Source: Moniliella sp. 'wahieum' (taxonomy: Eukaryota). From it: DNA of 64,000 nt. How positions within the stretch are numbered: position 1 is the first letter of the stretch; the number at the start of each line of letters is the position of its first letter. The stretch spans positions 248,001 through 312,000 of the forward strand of contig RSEE01000024.1 of NCBI GenBank assembly GCA_003971905.1, read 5' to 3'. Shown piece after piece: positions 37,501-50,403 of this stretch. The translations under genes were made by a program, and so were the position numbers. The notes below the pieces were generated by a model. That model was not told where the DNA came from. It saw nothing but the letters and a program-made list of their open reading frames with translations, and made no database searches.

Positions 37501-40500
37501 TGCGAAGGGGGATCGTTGGCACAACGTAGCCCATCCTTCCGTTCTCTCCCATGGCAGTAGATAAACTACCAATTCTGTTCCAATACGATTCTGCGGCACG
37601 GAAATGCCGCAGAAGTCATGTAAATAATTATAACCCTTGCCAAATTGCGGTACATGCAATGCCCACTCGAAGATCACTCACTTGAAGCCAGTCGATTGTG
37701 GTGGACTTTGACTTTTGAATTCGTGGCACCATTGGTCGGTCATCAACAATCCAGACAGGAAAGTTCCATTGGATCATTATGTACGTTTCGGAAATCACAA
37801 CAGTTTAAAAGAGGGGGAATGTACATTCAGGTTACCTACTCGGCAGTTGCAGTCAGATTTATTTGCTATCTACGAGGACTGCCGGTTTAAAGGAGGTGCA
37901 GGAGTATTATTTTTTTTGACAGAGCACCGATTAGACCCAAAAATGCCTCGGTCACATTCGCTGGCTATCCATCAATGAATTAAAATTCGAATGGGGTTTC
38001 CACTACAGCACGTTTTTCGTTACTGTCAGTACATGCGCCTTCATCGAATGATGTATGTAAATTCACTTCAGAGTATCAAAGTTGTAATAAAGTTGACGCT
38101 TGGAGCCATCTATGCGGGAAAGAAAAGTTTCTATGTCTGAAGTATTGGCCTCGCTACTACCACAGGATGTGGGCACTAAACGTCGAATTGGACTAAGGCG
38201 CCTCTCCCACTAATCATCCAGAAGACTGGTGCGAGCTCGGAAGGAATAAAAACTCATACCGGTCTTGAAATTGACAGAGGTGAGGCCTAGCGTTGAAGTT
38301 GAGGCCCCCTGTACTAAAATCACTTTTGGTGCTTGCGGTGTGTTTGCGATGTGGCATGAAATTTGATTGGTATTGATACAAACCGGAGCACTTCTAAGAA
38401 TTTTGCTTCCCAGAGGACCGTCAATGGCAAGGAATACTTCCAAGAGTCCCGAATATATTTGCTAACTGGAAAGACGAATAAATATTGAACTTGCCTACCC
38501 ACTCTAGCTCATGAATACCGAGATGAATGCGAGTTCATGGCAGGTTACATCATGAGAGACACCCATTTCATCACAACTGGGTCGCGACTCTAGTACGCAT
38601 TGAATGTCAGACATGTGCCAGGAGAACGCAGCCAATCAGCTAGAGTCTTAGATCGTACAAAATGATTCTCTAAGTGCAAACTGTAGCTCTCAAATCAACG
38701 TGATCTACACAAAGATGTGGTACAATCGAGACACAGAACTAATTCAATTGTCTTCCTCCTATTATTCAGGTTGTCATGGCCCAGCATGGCCATTGGAATT
38801 GTCAGGTGCGTGACACCGTAACCGACATTCAATGACACTAACAGCACAATGCTATGGCCAAGTCTAGATGACTGTGGCTTTATTCGTTGGTCATCATTCC
38901 CTCGTCCGGTAAGGGTTTACACTTATTATCAATGGCTCCAGATACAAAACATCAGGTAGTACGTTCGTGTTGAGCCCAAAGACAAGAACAGATGTCACGC
39001 ATGGTGCCCCAGTGCATGTAGCAGGTGTTCTGTTTCCGGTCGACCCAAAATTGCAGTAATAAACAAGAGGAAAGCAACGGAGTGATTCGACCACGAGGGA
39101 AGGTGTACGACAATGTCTCATCCGGAGGCTGTCACCCCATTCATGAAGTGATAAAGAGAATGTTACCTGCATTTTGCCGCGAGGCCAAGTATCATACCAC
39201 GTAATGACTGACTATCCACGTGTTTTGAAGAAGCCATTACATGTTCACCCGGCGAGATGATGCATGAGAATCCCCGTGACAAGTAACACACATCCGACTG
39301 CATGCGAAACAGAACAACAAGCAAGATTGCCCCCTCGAAACAACACAGCCGCTACTTTCTAAAGACAAGTTTGCGATGTTGCAAGATAGGTCATGATTTT
39401 TTTTATAGATTGTGGGATGGTACGCCTAGAGGGTTCCCCCACGGTCCTCGTATGATCATGATCACGACGCTCACTTAGCCGAGCGGAAGAGTTGTTCCGA
39501 CAGGCTGCGCACGCTCGCTACATCTGCCTACTCTGTCTCCTGTCTCATTCACTTCAGATGTTGCATGAATGTGGTTGACCATTTTGCCTGCACGTATTCG
39601 CTCATGATGCAGCCGATTCACAGGATTTGCAGTGTTTCCCAATTTATACGCTAAGAAGTAGTCAAGACAGGTGTTAGCGACGTTCTATGGTATATCGGTC
39701 CATTGTATATTACGGGTGTGTACAGCTCGTTAGGTAATTAAAATCGAGCCACGAGGCAAGCTATAAGAAAAAGAAATTCCGTTGCAGTGGGAACAGCCCA
39801 TAACCGCGAGGCACAGGAATGTTTTCACAAGATCTGATGGAGCTAGTCACATCAGCAATGTAAGGGCCATGGCTTTTACGTCTGCATACTACTCATGCAT
39901 GCAGAGTGTATAGCCGCAAGTGGAACATTGCCATAATAGAGCGGGCATTGGCACCAGGATCAACTTACTGAACTGGGTGGGCATACACCTTTTTGGAATG
40001 TGATCAATTGGGCTCATAGATGTAGTTCTTGTCGGTGATGTGGATGGAAATTGTGCGTGCTTTGGAGAAAATTCAACTACTAAGGAGTCGACTTGGCATT
40101 AGCATGCCAATGGAAACCGAGTCAGTGTGCCTATCAAACGCTAAATCGAGAGCCTGACACGAGGAGAAGCTGATGAACGAACGCAGGAGTGGCGCCCAAA
40201 AGGCGCGTGCATGGCTCTGGAAAGTGCCAAACACAACCGATGGGATTGGAGCTGGATGCGGCAATTCAAACAACATATCTGCGTTACTACTCTCAATGTT
40301 GACGAGGGTGAGAGAAGCGTGCTATAGGCGCTTGGAAGTGGACGACATGAGAAGCCCGACCATGGTTAGTTATTTTAGAGTTTTGGTAGTAAAGAGGTTA
40401 GTAACTTTCAAGCAGGTGCACAGCAGATGGTGTTGTCAGTGAGACCTATACCCGGTGCCATAGTGAACACTTGAAGTTCACTTCGACGAAAATGCCAGTT

Positions 40501-41759
40501 TTGTAATAGCTGCCACTCGTGACGCGCATGGCAGTAGATCTCAAAGAAGAATGCCAGTCCGCCTCCCGCCCGCCCTCCGAAAAAAAGGAAACCGGCTTCA
40601 GGTGGCCATGGCCATGTTTCTAACCCCACTCTCACTCTCCTGTAACGGTTTCCTTTTATAGATCGACTAATAGCCGGTATGCTCTCGATTGACTGGGGGG
40701 GGGGGGTTCGTTCGTCTCCTTCGTCAATGCACAAAGCAGTGGGGACTAACTAAAGGGAACACCTCTTCTTACGAGCGTGTCCTTCTCTCTTCGCCCTTTT
40801 GTCTTTCAGCTACCCATTTTGCTCAGCTCCCAGACTACCAGCCTTTCCGTGCTCACTGGTTTTTCAGCGTCCAGTCTCACTCATTGGGTGATCCCCGAGG
40901 TGGGGCCGGCCCCTGTTGTTTAAGGGCAGTGCAAGCTCTTGGACGGCCAACGGAGCCACGTACGGTAGTATGTTCGACTTCAGAACCTGGTCCATCAATA
41001 ACCGAGTGCGTGTAGAAGGGATGGAGAGACCCATTAATTTAAGTAGCTGTCTACTGCAAAGGCTGCTTCATTTAGGGACTTCCCACGGATGGAGCAGCAT
41101 GCGCAGGTCGCGAAGACCCGTTGAATGAGACCAGGTATGCTGCGGTAACTTGGCTAACTTGGCTGCTTGTTGGTTACCACCGTGGTGGGTGGGCGTGGGG
41201 GCCAACGGAGAGTCGTTAGCGTCGCCCATCTCGGGGGCGACTGCGTTGGACGCAATGACACGTGTTTGGCAGCTGAACATGGTGTAGTAGGGGGGGCTAG
41301 AGGGGCGGAGAGATGTGCCAAACGAAAATGGGGTCTGGTTGGGCTGAAAGCCGGAAGGTTGAGTGGAATCAAACTTAACAGATGAAGAGGGGGGTAAGGA
41401 TGAGGATCATATTCATCGAGGAGAAATGAGGCGAGGTAATGATCTGTACATTGGAGAAGATAACATGAGAGCTGAGTCACACGAAGAAAGAAAAGGGGAA
41501 TAGGCAAAGGGGAAATAGGGTCTACAACAAATCAGGGTTCTTTCTGCAAAAAGCTGGTGACTATGCATATGACCAGGTGAGTCTGATCCCGACACTCATC
41601 GACGCCGTAGCAGTATAGACAAAAACAGACGGAGGAGTCTTAAAGGCGACGGAGTCAAGAAAGGTGTAAAGGGAGAATGTGGAAGGGCCGGTGAACCGGG
41701 TGCCAGACAAGTCCAGGTGTAATTGAGGAGAAGTTGTGGTCTTGGTAAGCACCAGGATG

Positions 41760-43882
41760 GTCGATCACATACCCAGCAGTGGACACAAGAAGGGGCCACA
41801 GATGTAGAGGAATTTGCCCATCAACACGCCAGGCCGTGCCATGGTAACCAATGTCCGATTCAAGCGCTCAGCTTTCCCATTTGCCTCGGGAGTGTAGGGA
41901 GGACTGACCTCATGAACAATACCCCGCCGAGCAAGTACTCGCTCTGACGCGCTGCTGACATATTGGGACCCATTGTCCGTACGGAAAAACTTGACTTCCT
42001 TGCCCTGCTGCGTCTTGACCATGGCCATGAATGCATCAATCAACTCCGCAAGGCCTGCTGTGCGCCAATGTGTACACCCAACACTTGTTGGAGAAATCAT
42101 CGAGCATTGTCACCACAAACCTCGCCTTCCCCACTCCACTGGGGAGGGGTCTAACAATGTCTGAGTGAATGCGCCAGCCCGGCTCGCTCGCGGCAGAATC
42201 ATGCACACGGTAGCTTGGTTGCCTTTGCTGCCATGCACGCATCGCACGACTCGACAGTAGCTGTGCGCGCCGGCAAGTTGTACACCGCCCGAGCCAACTC
42301 CATCGCTTTCTGCCCAGGGTGGCCCAAGCGCTTGTGCCACAGGTCATCGGTTCCGGCACCAGCCGCAAACGTGACGAGGGCCTTTTCCTCGTCAAACGGC
42401 TACAGGACCAGAACTCCGTGGTCAAGGCACGCCCGCATCGCAAACTCAGCTCCCGCTCCAGGTGGGCACAACACGATCGTGGTACTTTTGCTGATCATGC
42501 GCCAACCTTCACGAAGGAGGCAGCCAAATGTCACCAGATTGACCTTAGATGACATGCCTGGGACCCAGAGAACCTTGTTCAAAACCAACGTGGTTGACCC
42601 TACTTTGATATTGATCCGACCTTGGCCCGCCGCTCGAAGTGGGTCTCCTCCAACAGGGTACACTGTCACCCCGTTGGGCCCATATCTTTAATCAGGGTGC
42701 GATCACTTGTCATGTGGAATGTGGCTCCGCTATCCAACAGAAACGGCACAGCATGGTCCACGGCCTCCCCGCCCTCATTCACCTTGACATGGGCACAGAA
42801 CGCTTCTGTGTGGGAGGTAACGCCACGTTGTGCAACAGCGTGACCAATCTCATTGGCCAGGAGGCCACCCTCATTGGTGACCATGGGACCACCCTCAGCG
42901 GTGGCCATGCTACCATCACTGGCAGCCACAATGTCGACCTTCCCCTCGGCTAGGGGGACCACATTCTCCTGATTATTCTGCACCCCAATAGCAACGTGGG
43001 CATACGAACGGAGGACAGGATCTTCCATCGCCAACGCAGCAAACACCGACGCCATCGGTGTCGCAGAACCCTCGTCCGACTCGGCTGGAGCACGCTGGGG
43101 ACAGGCCCGAGCAAGATGCGTGCTCTTGCCGCACACATAGCAAGACCGCTTATGCTTACTGCTGGACGCCTTCCCGACGATCTGGCCGGGGCAGCCAACA
43201 TCTTGGCAACGTTCTTCTCTTCCTCAAGGCGTTCATTACGCTTGAGCAAATTCTCGTGAATCAGCAGCCCCGATATGGCTTCTTGCCGCGTCAGAGTTGC
43301 TTCACGCCGACGGCAGGAACTGACCACTTCGATATACTCGCCTGGCAGACCGTTCCACACCAAAGAGAAGTACAAAATCTTGTCCGTGTCGTATTCCGCA
43401 GTCTTCAGCTGCCCGACGTAGGAGTCAAGACGGTCGATGTACTCATTGATCGACTCAGTTGACTCCTTGCGAATGGCCAACATCTCCGCCATCAGCTGGA
43501 ACACATTGGCCTTGGCAGTACCGCAAAACTTTTCGCGCAGCTTGCATAAACAATATGCGGATACTCCATAGACTCAATGAGCGTGTTCTGCAAGTGAGGG
43601 CTCAAAGATTCCATGATGATATTGGCAACCGGGGTCCGCTTCTCACCATATCGTCGGCGAAACTTTCTTTGGGAGACTCGAGCAAATAACCAAGGCCCCG
43701 AGGCATGAGAAAGAGCTTGAGGCGCGCTTCCCACACAGGGAAATCCGTCCCATCCTTGAGGATCGGGAGCTTAGTCTTGATCTTGAGTTCTTCAGACATG
43801 TCGTTGGCGAAAGAGGGATAAGCAATGGGCTTCACAACCTATTGTGCAGCTAAGTGGGGATGGAGGTGGTAAAGTCATAACA
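41760..43882 (-). mobile_element. 3'-truncated Ty1/Copia retrotransposon (gag, protease, integrase; no RT/RNase H seen)
   Basis: Gag LPILKDGTDFPVWEARLK and ESINEYIDR..GLPGEY; knuckle CGKSTHLARAC; protease FLLDSGATFHMT; WHKRLGHPG; integrase RTDNGSQY and PYTPEANGKAERLNRTL. Similarity ends near 41760; outer LTR boundary uncertain. Confidence 0.93.
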
Positions 43883-45032
43883 TCATTTCACTGCATAGCC
43901 CACAAGAGCTATGCTCCCATTCGCAAGAAGGAAAAAGAAGAAAGATAAGAAACTACTGCTGCAGTGCCACTGGTCGCATGTCGCCAGTATAGCGCGCAAT
44001 TCATCCACACAACACCGTGGACGGGCCTCTCACATGCCCACTACCACTGGAGGAGGGGCGGGCACGCTGGCCCAGACCAATCGCGGGACTGTACAGGAAC
44101 AAACGGATGAACCTCTCCCCAATTACAAAAAGCAGCAGTCTCATACTGTATTCTTCCTCAATGGGAACAGTGCAGTTGGCGGGGTCAGTGAGATCGGGGG
44201 AAGTATAGAGCGCCCGCTGACATATCGATCCTCTTCCTAGCATCTATGGCATCTATGATTGCAGCCGCTTCCAAGACCACGTTGGCATCCTCGGCATCTG
44301 TGGAGCGGTGCTGCTCTTGGCTGAAATTCTTGACCTCTTCTCTATCCATGGTCGAACAAGGGCCATTGCCATGAGCGGAGCGCGAACATAGGAGGCCAGG
44401 CGTGCTGAAGTCGTCAGGCAACACTACGGACGGAAGACCGACGGTGGAGTGGATGGGGCCAGGTCACGTGCGCTTGCCGAGCGCCGTGTGGGTTGGCAGG
44501 TCGCCTAAGACGATCTGTGTTGGATGCGCTCGGAACGGAGGCCGGTGGCAAGTCATGTGACTCGCTGCGCTCGTCGCTGGGTAGTCACTAACCCGACCCA
44601 TGCGTGATCCACGCGGCAATGGCTGATCGCGGATCGCGTGGCCGGCAGCCGGCGGGCACAGGGGCAGTGCCGCGGCCTGACTGCGCCCGTGCGGGGGCGC
44701 GGCGCGGGGCGAGTGGGCGGGTGGTTCTGGTGCGCTAGGGTTGCGCCCTGCCGCGGCCGGGCGGCGGCAGGTGGGGCAAGCGAGAGCGGCACGGGGGCAG
44801 TGGCGGGCGCGCACCCCCTGGCGGCGGCAAGGAACTTTTTTTTGGTTGCGTGCTTGGTTGCGTTGTGCTGCCACTCGTCTTCTCAGCCTCAGCTCAGCTC
44901 AGCCGGAGCTCCTCCAGTCTGCGTCTGCGTCTGCGTTGCTGTCTCCACTGCCATCGCCTCCGCCTCCGCCACACCCACCACCACACCCACCACCACAAGC
45001 ACCACCACCACCACAACCCCCCCCCCCCCACC

Positions 45033-46468
45033 ATGGCCAACGCGTCTGTGTCGTCCGTGCGCGACGCCCCCAGCATGCCGTCGGCTGCGTCCTCCGTACG
45101 TCCTGCGTCTCCCCCTGCCCCCCCCCCGCTCCCCTGCTCCCCGTAACAACACGCCACCTTGTCAGGCTGAAGCCAGAGCAGCGGTGACTTCACCAGCGCC
45201 CATACCCACGCTGCACCGAGCACCGCGCGCTGAGCGTTGAGCTTGTGGACGCCCGCATTTGCATTGGCGCACCCCTCGCTCACACTCGCCCTCTTGTTCT
45301 CTTGTTTGCCTCTCCAGCCCTGTCCGCCGTCGCTCCGTCCCTACTCGGATCGCCCTGCTCCGCTGCCCGTGCCAGCGCCGCGCTACGTTGCCCCCAGCCG
45401 CAGGGAAAGCCTTGGCACCGCACGCCGTCGATCGGCCGCCACCATGGCCGCCAGTGCCGGCGGCACTGCTCACTGGGGCCGAAGACCATCCTGGACCCCC
45501 GCCGGCCCTGAGCAGTTCAGCCGTTCGCTCAGCGCCTTGGCCCACCAGCTTGCTCCCGCGCCCAGCGCAGCGGCAACATCAGCCTCCGCCACTGCCGCTG
45601 CACGTACGGAACCATCAGCGCCGTATCACTCGGGCGGGGGCCACACCCACTTTGGTGCCGAGTGCGTTCCCTCGTCGTTGGACGCCAAACTGGTGGATGT
45701 GCCTCCTTCGGCGGCTGCGTTGGCTCAGCTGCGTGCGCAGGCGGAAGAACAGGAGGATGCGCCGCGCTCGGTTCCCCGAAGCACGCCGAGCAAGGATGGC
45801 AAGGAAGGCACGTTGCATCGGTGCGAGTCGTGTGCCAAGGTGTATCGCCACCCGTCCTGTCTGATCAAACATCGTTGGGTACGTTGCGCCTGTTCCCCTA
45901 TCCCAGGTCGGTTTTACTTGGGTTGATCGATGCTAACCTCGTCTTTACTTGCGAAGGAGCACACGGTGTACTGGAAAGAAGCATCCAAGTTCCTCTTGTC
46001 TAAGCACCAGCAAGTCCAATTGCTGGAAGCTGCTGCGATTTTAGTTGGGATGGACACGCATGCCACCAGTTTGCCCGAAGAGAAGGCGCTTTGGCCCGCT
46101 GCTGTTTCGCCCCTCGCTCGGGTCTCCTTGGCAGCGATACATTCAACTTTGATCGTCTGATGGATGCACGTGCCCGTCGCGCTTCCGCCTCCGCGCGGGG
46201 AGGGTCCGTAGCTGGTTCGTTGGGAGCCAGCACGGGCCCCGTGGGCTCCCTGAGCTCCTTGGGCCCCATGGGCGCTGTACCCGACAGCACGCCGACAGGA
46301 CGGTGTCCGAGTGGAGATTCGCTGGCTACCGTTGTCGTATCTGCTGCGCGGGAGAGCAACAAAAAGGTGGAGGAGAAGGAAGAGGAAGAGGAAGAGGAAG
46401 AGGAGGATGAGGTACTGCCTGATGCGGCGGAAGACCATGTGTTTGGCGACTTGGTCATGGACGAGTAG
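45033..46468 (+). CDS. C2H2 zinc-finger protein
   Basis: HRCESCAKVYRHPSCLIKHRW|EH joined across intron 45879-45956 (GTACGT..GCTAAC..AAG), then SKFLLSKHQQVQLLEAAAIL; acidic C-terminus; 5' exon structure uncertain. Confidence 0.82.
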
Positions 46469-47430
46469 ATTGACGTTGACGCACTTTCTCCTCCCTCTTT
46501 GGGACAGAAGAGAATGCATATATATCTAGTACCTCGGCTTCAGCCGAAGGCCCAACGCAAGCCTTGCCCAGCCCACTCTCCTAACCAGGTCGACCCAGCT
46601 TGAGGGAGCAAGAGACACACCCCACTCTATGTAGATTGAGCTGGGGCACACCATTGGATCATTGGACTTAGGCCCTGATACGATCGTGGCCCCAGCGCAG
46701 AGATGTGGGCGTATACTTGATGAGGCTTGTTAAACATTTCCCCATGTGTGGATGGACCGGCCCGCGGCGAAGCTGGTGAAGCTATTGTTTCAACGCGGGA
46801 GAGACTCGCACTAGTACGTCCCAAAAGGCCAACACCGCGATGCATCTTTGCCCACCTATATGGTTGTCTTGGGAACCGACTTTCGGCCTCACCGTTACAC
46901 CGCCTAGAACACGGGAATGAATTCCGGCCCGGGACTCTCCTCTGTTGACGCAATGGAAAAAATTGCCCCGGGGGGCCAGGCCAGGGGGTGGGAGATGGAT
47001 GAGGGGAAAGAGGGGAAGAGGGGAAAGAGGTTCCCCCGTGTTAGTAGTGGTCCTAGGCGGACGGTGGGACAGACGATGAACCAGTCGATCACGTCACGTG
47101 CGGCTGCGTCCGGAACTGCCGTGGTCATCCATCCGTGCCGTCATGTATCCGTCACTGGTCATCGAGGGTCTATCCGACGGCTGTCTGTCCACCGGCCTTC
47201 AAGCTTCACCTGCCGCCACCGCTGTCGCCTACACGCCCAGACAGAACACAATGGCACACTTCCTTCCTCTCCTCCTCCTCCTCCTCCTCCTTCCTCCTCC
47301 TCCTCCTCCTCTTTCTCGTCCTCCTCCTGCTCATCTTCCTCCGCACCACCACCACCACCACCACCTCTCGGCTCCTCTTGCCCGCCTCTCCATGCCCCGC
47401 CTCGCCCCCAGCAAAGCTAAGACGGCCAAG

Positions 47431-49610
47431 ATGCCGAGCTGGCGCTGGCATGCCATCCGTCGCATCCTCTTGCTTGCTTCATTACCCATGCATATCACCG
47501 CCCATTCCCCACCCCAACCCAGCAGCCCCCGCTACTTGTCTGGTACGCCCCTCTCCCACTGGAGTACATCGAGGTCGACAGACGAAAACAATGGCTGATC
47601 CTCATCGGCTCTCCCCGCAGATCTCCGGGTGGATGCACTGAAACGTGCCGAGCTGCTCCAATCGGCTCAAACGGAGCACCACTCGTCCGACTGCTACTAC
47701 CACACCTCCACCTTCATCAGGACGCACCTGCACTCCCATGTCACCTCCGACGTGCCAGGCGATTGGGCATTGGGGGCGAGCAAACAAGCCACGCGTCTGG
47801 ACCGGATGCGAGCCAGTGTGTTGAGCTAGCGCGGTGCGAGATCGAATTGGCCGGCCTGTCTACCCCAGCCGAATGCCAAGACCTCCCGCTTCTCCCTGAT
47901 CCCAGTACACATCCTGACCAGGACCGAACCGGTTCTTATCCGCGCCTCCTCCGGCGTTGCATAGAGTACGTACGTGTTCACCTACATTTTCTTCTTTGGC
48001 CCCTGACCCCCGCTCCTTCTGCACCTTTAGATCCCTTTCCCGCTCTCCCCAACTCTGGACATCCTATGTTACGGCCAGCCGTGACTTTGACGTGCATTGC
48101 ATCCAACTTCGTCAGGCGCAAGGGGTGGACCAAGCGCGGGATACGTGGCGCACCGCGTTGGAGGAACAAGCGCAGCTAATCCACGTTGTGCAACAAGGCC
48201 TGGAACGATGGAATGCGGTGTACGCCGTCCAAACGGACCAACTGCATGAACTGGCTGCCGCGCTGCAACAGGACCTGGACGCCCTTCGGGCCGAGCATGC
48301 CAATCTATCCCGCCAGACGCAACATGCCGTCGAGGAACAGCTTGCGTCGCTTACCGACAGATCGGACCAAGCTCATCAGCACGTACTGGTAGCGATGGAA
48401 GAGCGCTCGCGAGCGTTGGATACCGACCTTCACATTTTTTTGGCTGAGCAGGCGGAGACCCTGCAAACCCAGTTGGATTCGCTGTTGCGCACCACCATCC
48501 ACGCGTTGGACCGAGAAGTGACCAATCTGTTGCACCCGGTGCAGGAGGAAGTGGGCGGGCTATCCAAGGAGATGCATACGCTCAAGTTGAGCGCAATGGA
48601 AGTGGGCACAGACCTGCTGAGCGCGCGCCACGGCTTGCGCGCCCTAGACACCCATCTGGATTCCTTGCACAGTCACATTGACCTTGTTTTGGCGGATTGG
48701 ACGCGGATTGCCGAGCAGACAACACTGGCGGTAGAAGGGAGCGAACGGATGACCCAGTCGTTGGTCCAGCTGGACCAGATGACCCAACGCAAGACGGCTT
48801 CGATGGCTGCACTGCTCGATCGAGCATTCGGGTCCCGGGCAGTGGTGCTCGAGTCGGCGGTACGTTTCACGCTCCTCTATGCCCCCGAGGTGATCAAGTC
48901 CCTGTTGGTCCCTCTGGTGGCGATGAGCGTGCGGGGAACGTGGTCGTTGGGTGCGCTCGTCATGTGCGCTCTGGGTCACGGTATGGTGGTCCTGTTGCGA
49001 TGGTCACGCGGGGGGAGGGTGGTATAGGATCCGGCGCGAGCGGGGTCTCATGCTTGCTTCCCTTGCTTCCCAAACTCGCCTTGATCCGCCACCTCCTTCT
49101 CCCGTCCCATCTTCCGTTCCTTCGATCTCAGAACAAGCTCTCTTCGCCCCCCCCGTTCCCTCGCCAATTGAATCCGAATTGGACAATGTGCACCTTGGGC
49201 CAACCGATGCTTGCCCACCCGTCTTTCCCTATCCCCTCCCCTGTTCTTCTCATCCAGGGTGGGGGCGCTCAAGTTCTCTTCGCCCAGCTGCACAGCGTGC
49301 TAGCACGCCTTCCAACCTATTTCCGAACCGATTCGACGACGCAGGGGCTGTCGTGCCCAAACCCCCATGTGCACCCCGATCGACCTTGAGTTTGAGGTTG
49401 ACGCCAGGGCCCCAAGTCTGGGCCAACCGACGTGAACCAGTGGAATGGGGCGAGGCGGCAAGGGAAGGAGAGGCGGTAGGGTGGCCTGTCGCCAGTGCGC
49501 AGGGGTCGGACGCAGTGGATCCGGTGGAAGCCTGGCGATCCACCGTGGCTTCGTCCCAGGATGCGCCGACGGAGCTGTCTGAAGCCTACGAAGTGGAGAT
49601 TCTTGTCTAA
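47431..49610 (+). CDS. KAR5: Kar5/Tht1/Gex1-like nuclear fusion protein
   Basis: Signal-like N-terminus; Cys-rich domain ELARCEIELAG..PAEC..RCIE|SLSRSPQLWTSY..C; long heptad coiled coil; hydrophobic C-terminal segments. Confidence 0.72.
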
Positions 49611-49681
49611 ATATCGGTTGGTTTGGGCAAGTAAGTCTGTCCCCCCCTCCCCTCCCCTCTTACATTCACATGGCCATGACC

Positions 49682-49975
49682 ATGAACCTCAAGATATCCA
49701 TCCGTGGCTTTTGTTTGCTTGTTCTTTTGGTTGGCCAGTTTCAAGGATTCCAATGTGCACTTCACATGCTTGCCTGCATCGATTTTGATCGCCATCTCAG
49801 CTCTGTGGATCGGATTGTATACCGTTTTTACCGTCCCCCTGCTTTGAATATAGAATCCAACTCTTTGTTCATGCCATTTCGCGCTGGAGAACATCCATGG
49901 AGTCATCGACATAACTTCATCTCTGTCCGGAAGATCGTAAGAACGGGTTTGGGGCCCTCGAGGTCGGAAAGATAA
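49682..49975 (+). CDS. Possible small secreted protein (orphan)
   Basis: MNLKISIRGFCLLVLLVGQFQG resembles a signal peptide; lower GC than neighbouring genes; no family recognised. Confidence 0.2.
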   Translation: MNLKISIRGFCLLVLLVGQFQGFQCALHMLACIDFDRHLSSVDRIVYRFYRPPALNIESNSLFMPFRAGEHPWSHRHNFISVRKIVRTGLGPSRSER

Positions 49976-50403
49976 ACAAAAATGATGCTGGAAGCAGGGG
50001 TCTGGGATAGAAGGGCGGGGTTCGAGCGAGGCGTCCGTGCTGTGTGAGGATGCGGGGAAACAGTGCCAGGCGCCTCAGAAGTGTGGAGGATGGCGGGAGG
50101 GAACAGCCACTCTCTTCTGATTGAGAGTCATAGGGCCAGCTAGTCATATTAGATCCTCGGTGGATCTTGTGGTATCCGCTGTTGGTCACCTCGATCACCC
50201 CTGCGGAGAGTCATATACTGCCACGGAGTCGCACAGCGTAACACTACTACCGCCAACCGCTCAAGCCGCTGGCAAGTTCGAAGAAATCCAACGGAGATAA
50301 ATTTCATCTCGGTTGGATGTGCTGGATCCGCTCCAATCCGTTCGCCTCCCTCGCCTTCGCCTTCGCCTCCGCTATTCCCCGACCACCACCTCTGCCACCG
50401 ACG

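Noticed and set aside
43911..44424. Short ORFs next to the Copia 5' end as an extra element gene
   Set aside because: No recognisable motif and no second LTR copy to define whether they lie inside the element.
15215..49610. Mating-type locus (SPO14 is MAT-linked in Cryptococcus; KAR5 acts in karyogamy)
   Set aside because: No pheromone, receptor or homeodomain gene seen in the window; co-occurrence is insufficient.
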